A stretch of DNA of 63,992 nucleotides, filler included, from Dimargaris cristalligena (taxonomy: Eukaryota), in assembly GCA_003614675.1 (NCBI GenBank). It is 6 parts of 6 records of this genome, joined end to end, with 100 filler letters (N's around TTAATTAATTAA, not from the genome) between each part and the next. Parts side by side here need not be neighbours in the genome. Positions count along the whole stretch, not along the records: positions 10,844 to 21,584 come from ML003157.1; positions 21,685 to 32,418 come from ML003158.1; 4 more parts are not named here. One strand, given 5' to 3'. The position numbers and the translations under genes are program-made. Below, piece by piece: positions 12,771-22,878 of the stretch. The notes below the pieces were generated by a model. It saw only the letters and a program-made list of their open reading frames with translations. It had not been told where the DNA came from and ran no database searches. Position 1 is the first letter of the stretch. The number at the start of each line of letters is the position of its first letter.

Positions 12771-15497
12771 ATGACCGCCCGACAGAATTTGATACGCAAT
12801 GGCATTCCGCCACACCGACTGCTGCCCAACAAGGAGACCAACATTTTCAAAAACCTTCTCAAGGAGTTCGAGTTAAAGCAGTACAAGAAGGGCTTGAAGA
12901 TGTGCGAGCAGATCCTTAAAAAGCACCCCGACCACGGCGAAACTCTGTGCATGAAGGGCCTGTTCCTGGTCCACCTGGACCGTAAAGACGAGGGCATCAG
13001 TACCGTTAAACTGGGTATCACCAAGGATCTGACCAGCCATATCTGCTGGCACGTGTACGGCCTGATCCACCGCACCGACAAGAACTACAGCGAGGCCATG
13101 AAATGTTATCTCCAGGCCCTTAAATTCGACCCCAATAATTTTCAGATTCTGCGGGATTTGGCCCTCCTCCAAACCCAACTCCGCCGGTATGACGCTTTAG
13201 TGCAAACCCGCACGACGCTACTGCAATTCCAGCCCAAGAACCAGAGTTTCTGGCTCGGTTTGGTGATGGCGAATGAAATGGCCGGCCGACCCGCTATTGC
13301 GCTGAAGGTGCTCCAGTCCTACGAAGAGGCTGTCAAGATTCCCGTGAAGCCGTTCGACCACGAAACGAGTGAGGTGCTCATGTATAAGAATCACCTGATC
13401 CAGCTGACCGGCGACTACGAGCAGGCCCTCACCCATTTGGATGAGGTGCAGCGACGGGTGTGCGATACGCTGGCGTGGCGCGAACAACGGGCCTATCTGC
13501 TTTACCGTTTGGGGCGCTTCGAGGAGGCCGAGGTGGCCTACCGTGGGTTAATTGACCTGAACCCCGATAACCGCGAGTACCTGTGGAAGTGGCTGCAGGC
13601 CCGTCGGATTATTCCTACCGACCTGGCGGACGCTGAGTTGACCGCCCTGAGCCGTACCGGCCGTTCCAAGGATATCGAGTTACCCGAGAACACGCCGGAG
13701 CGCATTACGGAGGCCTGTCGTCAACTGACCATGGTTTACCCCCGTTCCCAGCAGCTCCAACTGATTCCCCTGTATTTGGCCCATGACACCGAATTCCGGC
13801 GACAGACTGACACCTACGTCCGCCAACATTTCACCAAGGGCGTGCCTTCTCTCTTCTCCACTTTGAAGCAACTCTACACCCACCAACCCGATAAGGTGGC
13901 TGTCGTCCACGATGTGGTGGCTGCGTACAAAGATGGACTCGCGGCGGAAGAGCCGGCTACGGTGGAGAAGCCCTCCCCTTATATCTGGGCCCTCTATTTC
14001 CTGGCCCTCCACTACAATTTCCTGGGTGACCATGTCCGGGCCCTGGCTACGGTAGAGGAAGCCCTCGCCCGGTGCCCATCGCTCGTGGAACTACACCTGG
14101 CCAAGGCCAAATTCGTGAAGCACCAGGGTGATCTGGCGGGGGCCAGCGCCATCCTGACCCGCGTCCGCGAAATGGACCCCAGCGACCGGTTCGTCAACAA
14201 CAAATGCACCAAATACCTCCTCCGCCACGACCAGACCGACGAGGCCGAGAAAACCATCATGCAGTTTGTGCGCCAGGACGTGCCCGATAAACTTCAGGAA
14301 TTTAAGGAACTGCAGGTGCTGTGGTACCAGCTTGAGTCGGGCCACAGTTTCCGCCGGCAGCACCGGTACGGCCAGGCCCTGAAGCGGTACCACCAGGTAG
14401 CGAAGGATTTTACCGAGTTTTTGGATGACCAATTCGATTTCCATACCTATTCGCTTCGTAAGCTCACCATGCGCTCGTATGGACAGATTCTGCGGTTCGA
14501 AGACCGTTTGTACACCCGCCCGCAGTACCGGGTCGCGGCGTTAGCGGCGGTGGACATTTACTTGCTGCTGGAGGACCGCCGGGTGCACCAGGCGGCCCAG
14601 AATGGAAACGCCGCGGCTACTCCCCACCCCAACAAGAAGAAGCCCCACAAGCCAGCGGTACCCGCCGCGACCACCTCTACGCCAGCCGCCGCCGGTAGTG
14701 CTAAGGACGGGGCCACCGGTGAAGGCGAGGTCAAGGTGGTGGTGGACCTCGACCCGTTGGGCGAGTCTTACCTGGAGGCCAAGAGTTTCCCCGCCGAGGC
14801 ACTTAAGCTGCTCCAGCCCCTGGTCCAATTGGGTCAGCCCGACCTCGACGTCGAATTGGCGCAGACCCGCGTGTACCTGGCTCAGGCTAAATGGGACCTG
14901 GCCGCCCAGGCTCTGGGTCGGGCCTATGCCATTAACGCCCAGGACCCCCGCCTGCATACAGCGTTAGTGACGCTCGAGGCTCGACTGGCCCCGGTGGCCG
15001 CCTCACTCTCCGCTCCCGTCCAAGAGAAGATTACGACCGCTTTAGGGGAACATTTGGTCTGCCCCTTGGCGGAATTGGACCTCAGTACTGATCTGGTTGC
15101 CTTCAATCAATCTTACCTGGACCAAGCTATGGAGAGCAGCGCCCGCCCGGCTTCGTTGGGCTCGGTGCTCGCGGCCGTCCGGACCCTGCCGGTGGTACTG
15201 AAGAACCCCACCGAGGCCCAAGCCAGCGCCGAGGTGGTGCTGCTCCGTTTGCTGCAGGCCGAGCCCGCCCCGCAGTGGCAACCCGCGCAGTTCGACGCCC
15301 TCATTGCCACTGCTGAGTTCGTGGTGGATCCTCGGGCTGAAGCCACCGAACCCTTCCTGAATGGGAGCTCCGAGGTGGTCCAGGCCATCCACAAGTTTGC
15401 CGAGCAACACTTCCCCCAGGCTACCAAGTACCAGCGAGTCGTTCCCACGCCAGCTTCCGACGCCACGACCGACTCCGCCGTCCCCACCGCAGAATAG
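12771..15497 (+). CDS. NAA15: NatA N-terminal acetyltransferase auxiliary subunit (NAA15/NAT1), 908 aa, single exon
   Basis: LPNKETNIFKNLLKEFELKQYKKGLKMCEQILKKHPDHGETLCMKGL, SHICWHVYGL, DRFVNNKCTKYLLR and DDQFDFHTYSLRK are hallmark NARP1/TPR motifs. Confidence 0.96.
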   Translation: MTARQNLIRNGIPPHRLLPNKETNIFKNLLKEFELKQYKKGLKMCEQILKKHPDHGETLCMKGLFLVHLDRKDEGISTVKLGITKDLTSHICWHVYGLIHRTDKNYSEAMKCYLQALKFDPNNFQILRDLALLQTQLRRYDALVQTRTTLLQFQPKNQSFWLGLVMANEMAGRPAIALKVLQSYEEAVKIPVKPFDHETSEVLMYKNHLIQLTGDYEQALTHLDEVQRRVCDTLAWREQRAYLLYRLGRFEEAEVAYRGLIDLNPDNREYLWKWLQARRIIPTDLADAELTALSRTGRSKDIELPENTPERITEACRQLTMVYPRSQQLQLIPLYLAHDTEFRRQTDTYVRQHFTKGVPSLFSTLKQLYTHQPDKVAVVHDVVAAYKDGLAAEEPATVEKPSPYIWALYFLALHYNFLGDHVRALATVEEALARCPSLVELHLAKAKFVKHQGDLAGASAILTRVREMDPSDRFVNNKCTKYLLRHDQTDEAEKTIMQFVRQDVPDKLQEFKELQVLWYQLESGHSFRRQHRYGQALKRYHQVAKDFTEFLDDQFDFHTYSLRKLTMRSYGQILRFEDRLYTRPQYRVAALAAVDIYLLLEDRRVHQAAQNGNAAATPHPNKKKPHKPAVPAATTSTPAAAGSAKDGATGEGEVKVVVDLDPLGESYLEAKSFPAEALKLLQPLVQLGQPDLDVELAQTRVYLAQAKWDLAAQALGRAYAINAQDPRLHTALVTLEARLAPVAASLSAPVQEKITTALGEHLVCPLAELDLSTDLVAFNQSYLDQAMESSARPASLGSVLAAVRTLPVVLKNPTEAQASAEVVLLRLLQAEPAPQWQPAQFDALIATAEFVVDPRAEATEPFLNGSSEVVQAIHKFAEQHFPQATKYQRVVPTPASDATTDSAVPTAE

Positions 15498-16496
15498 AAG
15501 GTGTACTGACTGACGTTGCCTGGCCATTTATGCTTACATATGTGGGCCCCTGGTGCCAATCTCCGCTGGTCTAATCATTTTTTCTTTTTTTAAAAAAATG
15601 TAGGGACTAAGCGTTAGTCACACTACGCTTCTTCTTTTTTTATACATATACCATTTATACACCCGAGCCCCTCGTTGGCTCGCACGGGGAACCCCTGAAA
15701 CTATTTTGAAAAACTAAACTTACGCATCTGTAGTCCAACTGAGTTATCGACGGTTTGTTGGTATTATGATGGACACATCTTCCATCAACGTTGGAGAGTA
15801 TAAGAGGTGTGTGGTATGGAGAGGAGAAGTGTACTTTTAGCCTGGTTTCATTTGCACTGGGCCGGGGGGCGTGCATAACACTTGGGAGTCTCAGGAGGAA
15901 CGGCCAGCATTGGACCCGGTCCCGGGCTGCATGGCAGTGAAAATGAAAGAGGAAGAGGGGGCATTGATATTGGGCAGGTGGCCCATTTGATCGTTTCAGG
16001 GTTAGAAGATCAGGCCAGGAAGGGAAAAATGATGATGGATCATAATATTGACAACTCAGGTGGGGGTCAACGGGGGCGGTTGGGTCACTTATACCATACA
16101 ACAACCCAACCACCGCATACACCCAAAAGGAACCAAGCGACTGTGTGTGTGTGGTTAGGGTGTGGTGAACGTGAAAGGGCGGAGGATTACCGCCAAGCTG
16201 GACTCGCAGTATTCTCCCCATCCTCCCCAGGGCTTGTGGGACACCAGAGTGGGGGGGAGTCTAACCAACTCTGCTGAACTATATATGCTGTACATGCTAT
16301 AAATGCGCTGTGGCTATTGTCCGTCTATTATATGTGGCTTATATGGGCCCATCTCCCTTCTGTTTCCTTTGTTGACTCCCTCTTATAGTTCTCACCTTTG
16401 TGAAGGAACTCCTTCCCTTTGTTTCTCCTCTGCTTGCTACTATATTGCCCTAACAACACGCGGTATCCTCTATAAGTGACTCCCCTTCCCTTTCAT

Positions 16497-19400
16497 ATGG
16501 ACGCCCACCGCGTAGTCCCTACCCTTGTAAACGGGGAGGCCACTGTGGTTCCCGATGTGGACCATAGCCGGTTCCCGCCCAAAACTGTTGGCACTGATTC
16601 CGACTCCGCAGGCTCCGACTTTGAGTCCCCCATGAACTCGGATGACGGAGGTCCTTCGTCAGAGCATCAGCCCCCGTTTTACTCCACTACTTCCCGCATG
16701 CAACCGCCCCGTTCTAGTGCCGATTACTACCCACCGCAGCCCCAACCGTCGCACAGCAGCCTGACCAGCACGTCTTCAGCATCCCTCCGCCGTCCTTCCA
16801 AATCGCGGCCCTTCTCCCCTTCCTTCTCCTATCCCCCCTTAGACTCCGCCGGTCCCTACATTCCGCCACCATTCCCGCCACTGTCCCCCAGGATGGACTC
16901 CAAGTCCCCCACCATTGCCGTGAACAATGGTCCCGAAACCCAATTGCAGGTCATCGATGAGGACCAGAACTTCAGTGAGCAATTCCATTACTACATGAAG
17001 CATGTCTGGGGTCTAGCGGACCGCGGCTTCGATTATAACATGGTCGCCGTTTTTGGGTCGCAGAGTACTGGTAAAAGTAAGTAGCACGCCTTTCGCTTTC
17101 CTAATTAATGGCTGCATGGTCCGCGGCCTTGTCATCGTGTCCACAGGTGTACAATGGCTTCGCCCACACTGCTGCTTCCGCTCTCTCTCTCTCTCTCTCT
17201 CTCCTTCCTATACTCTATATGATCCATTTGGGGCCCTGTTTTTTTGGTCATTTTTCTCTTTCTCTCTTGTTATCTTCCTCCGCCGCCGCATTTTCTTCTT
17301 GGGCAGTCTGGGACGATGTGCTTCTGCGGCAGGCGGCTTTTCAGCGTCGGCTTATGGCCAGTGCAATTCTGCGCGGGCTGCTGTTACTCACCCCGGTGAC
17401 CACACAAGTCATGCCATGGTGTGCAGTCATCAGCATGTCTATCCTATTGCCCAGCTCTTTATGCGCCAATCATTCCAGCCTTCTTTTTGGGGTATACGTT
17501 GGTCACACTAAACACCTAGTTAGGGCCAGCTGCGGTGATTGAACACCACCCGCGCCCTTCTTACTAATGCGAATGTATCGTCTTGATGCACGTATGGTGT
17601 CGCATCAAAGGTCTCTAAATGACTGATTCTCCCGCTTCTGAGAACTTCTAACTTTCATTCGCAACTGTCCCGGAAAATCTGACCTAACCTCATAACCCAT
17701 AACACTAATTACACTCACTCCATTCCCGGAATTACTTACTCCCTTGCTATGTATTCCGTCCAGGTACTCTACTCAACCGTCTCTTCGGCACCAAATTCGC
17801 TGTAATGAACGAAAAGGCTCGCAAGCAAACTACCAAAGGTATCTGGTTCAGCCAGGCCAGCGGCCAAAATGTACTCATCATGGACGTTGAAGGTACCGAC
17901 GGCCGTGAGCGGGGCGAAGACCAGGAGTTTGAACGCAAAAGTGCCCTCTTCTCCCTGGCCACCGCTGAAGTACTCCTCGTTAACATGTGGGAGAACATGG
18001 TAGGACTCTACAACGGAGCCAACATGGGTTTACTTAAGACTGTTTTCGAGGTTAATCTCCAGCTCTTCCACGACCGCAACTCGCGCAAGGGCAAGACCCT
18101 CTTGTTCTTCGTGATCCGGGATCACGTCAGTAAGACTCCCCTCAACCAACTTGCCGATACGATAAAGAGCGACCTTAATCGTATCTGGTCCGAGCTTTCC
18201 AAACCCGAGGGACTGGAATCTTGCCAAATTAATGATTTCTTTGATTTCGGTTTCGTGTCCCTCCCCCATAAGTTGCTCCAACCCGATCAATTCAACCAAC
18301 AGGCGGATGCCCTTCGTCTGCGCTTCGCTGACCCAAGCAACCCCCAGTATGTATTCAAACAGCAGTACCATAAAATGATCCCAGCCGACGGGTTCCCTAA
18401 ATACGCCGAGTCCATCTGGGAAAAGATCGTGTCCAACCGCGACTTGGATCTGCCCACCCAGCAGGAGCTTCTTGCCCAGTATCGTTGCGATGAAATCGCC
18501 GCCGCTGTTTTTGAGGCATTCGCTGACGCCATCCGGCCCCTTAAACCCCTTTTGGAAAGCGGTCGCTTGGTTGACAACCTCGGCGAACAAATGGACCACC
18601 ATCGTCATACTGCCTTGACCCACTTTGATAAAAATGCCAGTCGGTACCACCACGAAGTGTACAGCCGCAAGCGTAAGGAGCACTTGGCTAAACTGAATGC
18701 CGAACTCCTCCTGCTGTTCCTGGCTCAAATTAAGAACGCCGCCAAACGGTCGTTGCAGCTCTTCCGCGACTCCCTCAAGAAGCGCCTGGGATCCACGACT
18801 AACTCTTCAGCTTCGAGTCCCCCCGATTATGATTTCGCCACTGTGGTCAAGGCCGCCTCGACCAAAGTGCTGGATCGATTCAATGAGCAGGCCCGAGCCC
18901 TTATCCTAGAAGACACCGATTGGAGCTATACCGCCGAGGCCGAGCAGCTGGAACAGGAGCTACTGGTCATCACGGACCAGCTTAAGGAGGAGGAAATCAA
19001 GCGGCTACAGCGTCGCCTGGAGAAAATGGTCCAAAGTAAATTCACGGAGGAAGTGGCCACCCTGCTCAACGAACCCAAGGAAGACATGTGGTCTAATGTT
19101 CTTCGCATGTTCCTCGATGTCAATGAGTTCGAGGAAAAGGCCCTCCGGCGGATGGCCCAGGGCCTGGACGTGCCTAAGCCCGAATTAGACCGTTTGATTG
19201 GCCAATTCCGCCTAACCTCCTGGGAAGCCTTATACACCCGGATCCGGGAGGAAACCAGTGACCAGATGATGCTGGTTCGCCTCCGGACCTGCCTCGAGGA
19301 CCGGTTCCGTTACGACGAGCAGGGTATCCCGCGGGTCTGGCGACCGGGCGATGATATCGACGGCCAATTTGGCGTGGCTAAGGAGAGCATGGCTAAGGTC

Positions 19401-20099
19401 ATCCCCCTCTTCAGCAAGATTGACGTGGACGGGTTTGAATTGGAACTGGAGGGCTATTTCCCGTCTTCTTTCGATATAACCGATCACATCGAGCTGCTCT
19501 CACCGACCAAGCAAAAGGAACTCGCCAAACGGTTCCAGCGGGAGGCTGACGCGCTTTATTTGGAAGCCAAGCGGTCGGTGGTCGTCACGACGGCCAAGAC
19601 CCCCTACTGGATTATAGTATTAATGGCCGTGCTGGGATGGAATGAATTCATCACTATCATTACGTCACCCGTCTACCTTATTCTGCTCGTTACATTCGGT
19701 ACGGCCGGTTACGTTATTTACGTGCTCAATTTGACGGGGCCTGTCCAGCAGGCTGCCCGGATCGTCGCCGAAAACGCTACCCGGCATATGCACAACCTGC
19801 TGCTGGAGGCTCTGAACCGTACCGAGCCCCAGAACCAGCCCTTCCAAAATAATCGCACCATGACGGGCGATCGCGGTTCCCTTAGCCGGAGTAATACGAT
19901 GGAGATGGACGAGCTGCGCCGTCGACCCAGTTTTGGCGCCGGCGAATCGCCCTCGCGTGCTTCGACTTCGCTTTCGTCGTCGTCGGGATCATCGCCCCGC
20001 AACGCCCAGAACCCCAGTAGCTTTTACGGATCATCCGGTCAAGCGGGAGGTTCACCGTTGGCTAAGCGGGCCGGAGATAATGGAAGCGACCGGGATTAA
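16497..20099 (+). CDS. SEY1: ER membrane fusion GTPase SEY1/RHD3, ~971 aa, 2 exons
   Basis: Exons 16497-17076 and 17764-20099 (GTAAGT..CAG intron): P-loop [70 protein letters not shown], C-terminal TM hairpin (LGWNEF). Start codon uncertain (alternative ATG at 16893). Confidence 0.95.
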
Positions 20100-21185
20100 A
20101 GCGGGGAAGGGAGGTAGTGGTAATGGTGATAGTGATGGCGTGTGTCATTTGACCTATGTGTTAGGATAGCTGGCCTGGTCTGGCTAAGACAAGCTTTGAT
20201 TATACCAATTTTAATTAATTTTTTGCCAAAGCCCACTCTTAACCCATTTCCTCCTCTATTTCGCGCCTGCTGGGTTTAGATGGCCATGCTTCTTGCCATC
20301 GCCATTTCACTCTGGGCAAACGTTCATTCTCGATCCCCCAGACCTTCTACTTGTTTGCTTGTCGTTTACTTTGTTTGTTTTAGCTATTCTTTAAATCTTG
20401 ACTAATTGTGCCTCGTTGACTGGCTTGCCTTCTCCTCGCTTTTTACCTAACCAATTTATACCTACCGCTGTCATACTGCTTTCCCGATTTGTCTAACCAA
20501 TATTTTCAATTTGCGCCGGGCTTAGGTCCTTGGCCTCTACATAGTCTAACCCCCTTCTACCCTTTCGTCTTATCATGTTTTCCTCCCTTTTATCCGACGG
20601 AACCGAGGGCTAGCGAGCCGATCTATCACGTTATCCGTATAAATATTCGCTTCTATTCTCCTTATCCAGCTTCAATAGTGTGACATAGCCCGGAAGTGTA
20701 GTTAGATATTGAGGGGTAGAAGAAAACTAATGCGTCAGTGTGATACTAGTAAGATAAGGGGGGATGTGGTGTAGTTCTGGTAGGCTGGTGGACCCGGCTG
20801 CCAGGCGCTGCGACTGCCTTTGCTAACTTAAGAATTGCACCATACTGGGATAGATGGTCACCCGTAATACTACACTATAGATATCACAGACTTCCGATTA
20901 TTTGGAAATAGAGGGTGTCTAATTGATGCCCCAGGTCTTCCAACAGGCCTAGCAAACCAGCCAACTAACCTGCTCTTACTAGCATAACAGCTACCGACAC
21001 CTTTCGCATTCGCAGTACTTTTCACTGCCATTCTGTTCAGGTCCATTATCCTTTATAGCGACCTATTCTATTTGACTCTTCCTAAAGTCTTTCAGATCCT
21101 CCAGTTACCCACCCTTCAAATTTGCTCTGAGTACCGCTCATTTCCCCGCCGACCCGCCCCCCATTACCCCATCTCCCACTTGGCC

Positions 21186-21584
21186 ATGCGTATCGTTCCT
21201 TTGGGCGCCGGGCAAGACGTCGGTCGGAGCTGTCTCCTCGTTACCCTCGGTGGCAAGAACATCATGTTCGATTGTGGCATGCACATGGGGTTCAATGACG
21301 AACGCCGGTTCCCGGACTTCACCTTCATATCCAAAGACGGCCGCTACACGGAAATGCTCGACTGCATTATTATTAGTCATTTCCACCTGGACCACTGCGG
21401 GGCCCTCCCGTATTTCACGGAAATGTGCGGCTACGACGGCCCTATTTTCATGACCCATCCGACCAAAGCGATTTGCCCCATTTTACTCGAGGATTACCGC
21501 AAAATTACGGTGGAGCGCAAGGGCGAGACCAATTTTTTTACGTCGCAGCAACTAAAAGACTGTATGACAAAAGTGGTCACGGTG
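21186..21584 (+). CDS. INTS11: Integrator complex subunit 11 / CPSF73-like beta-CASP endonuclease, 5' part only
   Basis: [45 protein letters not shown]...[58 protein letters not shown]. The [25 protein letters not shown] and PILLEDYRK motifs fit INTS11/CPSF3L rather than CPSF73/Ysh1 (GAGQEVGRSC, CGIHP). Confidence 0.92.
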
Positions 21585-21684
21585 NNNNNNNNNNNNNNNN
21601 NNNNNNNNNNNNNNNNNNNNNNNNNNNNTTAATTAATTAANNNNNNNNNNNNNNNNNNNNNNNNNNNNNNNNNNNNNNNNNNNN
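21585..21684. other. Artificial contig-joining spacer
   Basis: 44 N + TTAATTAATTAA + 44 N. Confidence 0.98.
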
Positions 21685-22878
21685 GCGAATTGAACTCTTC
21701 GGGGAGTGAGGATTCGTCACCATCGGCCTCGACGCCCCGGATTTCGAGTATTTGGATCCAGATGATCGGGGGGTGGTTGCCCATTATTCTCCAGGATATC
21801 CAGGCCGTTTTCGGACCCGTCCGCCGGGGTAGTCGGACCGGTCGCCAAATATCCCAGGACGCGGAAACTGCCAAGACGCAGGGCCAGCGGTCCCTGGTGT
21901 CATCGGCCCTCGCGGCTCGCTCGCTTAACCGGACCAAGTGTCTGACCCTAGCGGAGTCCCAGGCCCTGGCGGTCGACCCCACATCGACGGCGGCCGGCGG
22001 TAATGGGAGTGGGAGTGGCAATGTTGGTACCCCCGCGGGGGCGGGTCCCCCCGGTAGTGGCTCCTCCTTATCCCGGATTCCCTCATTGACCCTTAATCCC
22101 GTACAACGCTCGTATAGCACGGATTCGAGTCGACATGACAGTATTACGTCTAACACGGCCCAGCGAACCCGATTGCCGTCGCTCACCACCTATACCCATT
22201 TCAAACTGGCCGGGCGGTCGTACTCCTCCCGGGGGGGAGGCAGCGGAGTCGCGGCTATATCGCCCGGGGGGTTTGGGCCTGATTACCCACCCCTGCCATT
22301 CAGTCCCGGCCCGGTGGAGCGCCGGCAGTCACCGGTTGTGGGAGGAGGGGATACGCTGCCCTCACCGGGGGATGGTACGGCCGCCACAGGAGGAGGAGGG
22401 GGCCTCCCCCCCCGCCCAAACCACCACGCCATCCCTTTCATCCCGCACGTTTTCGAATTTGGACCCCTTCCACCGGCATCTCATCAGCCACATCGACCGG
22501 TTATTCTCGGACCGCTTGGAAGTTTTTGGTGATGTGTCCCTCGATTCCCTGGGTATCACTTTAGCCATCTACCGGGCCGTCATTAAGGAAATGATCGAAC
22601 TAAGTCGACTCCGCACGTTTGTCGGGGTAGGCTACGGCAGCAAACCCGGTGGACTCCCGCAGATCCAACTGGACGCCGGATTTCTACGCCACGTTTGGCA
22701 TCCCTACATAGACAAGGATTGGGTCCTGGCTTCATTGATGGACGAGTGGGTGTCATCGGTGGCTACCCGGTCCGTGGAAGTTGTTGATGTGGACGAAACG
22801 GTACTACGGGACGTGATTCATACCACCCTCCTGGCCTTGGATTCCAATGCCCAACGTGCCAGTCCGACAGGGTCATGA
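21685..22878 (+). CDS. VPS51: GARP/EARP subunit VPS51 (Ang2/Fat-free type), 3' part; reading frame changes near 22390-22410
   Basis: C-terminal HLISHIDRLFSDRLEVFGDVSLDSLGITLAIYRAVIKEMIELSRLRTF...GLPQIQLDAGFLR...SLMDEWVSSVATRS resembles the animal VPS51 C-terminus (NIQKLFSERIDVF...[23 protein letters not shown]). The upstream ORF 21690-22532 is in a different frame. Confidence 0.75.

Noticed and set aside
1808..15497. NAA38 (NatC) and NAA15 (NatA) close together, suggesting an N-acetylation gene cluster
   Set aside because: They are on different contigs separated by an artificial spacer; adjacency reflects length-sorted concatenation.
12873..15559. Many 80-160 aa antisense and alternative-frame ORFs over NAA15 (likewise over SEY1, the LPMOs and 52254-54071)
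   Set aside because: Expected shadow ORFs of GC-rich codon usage; no motifs.
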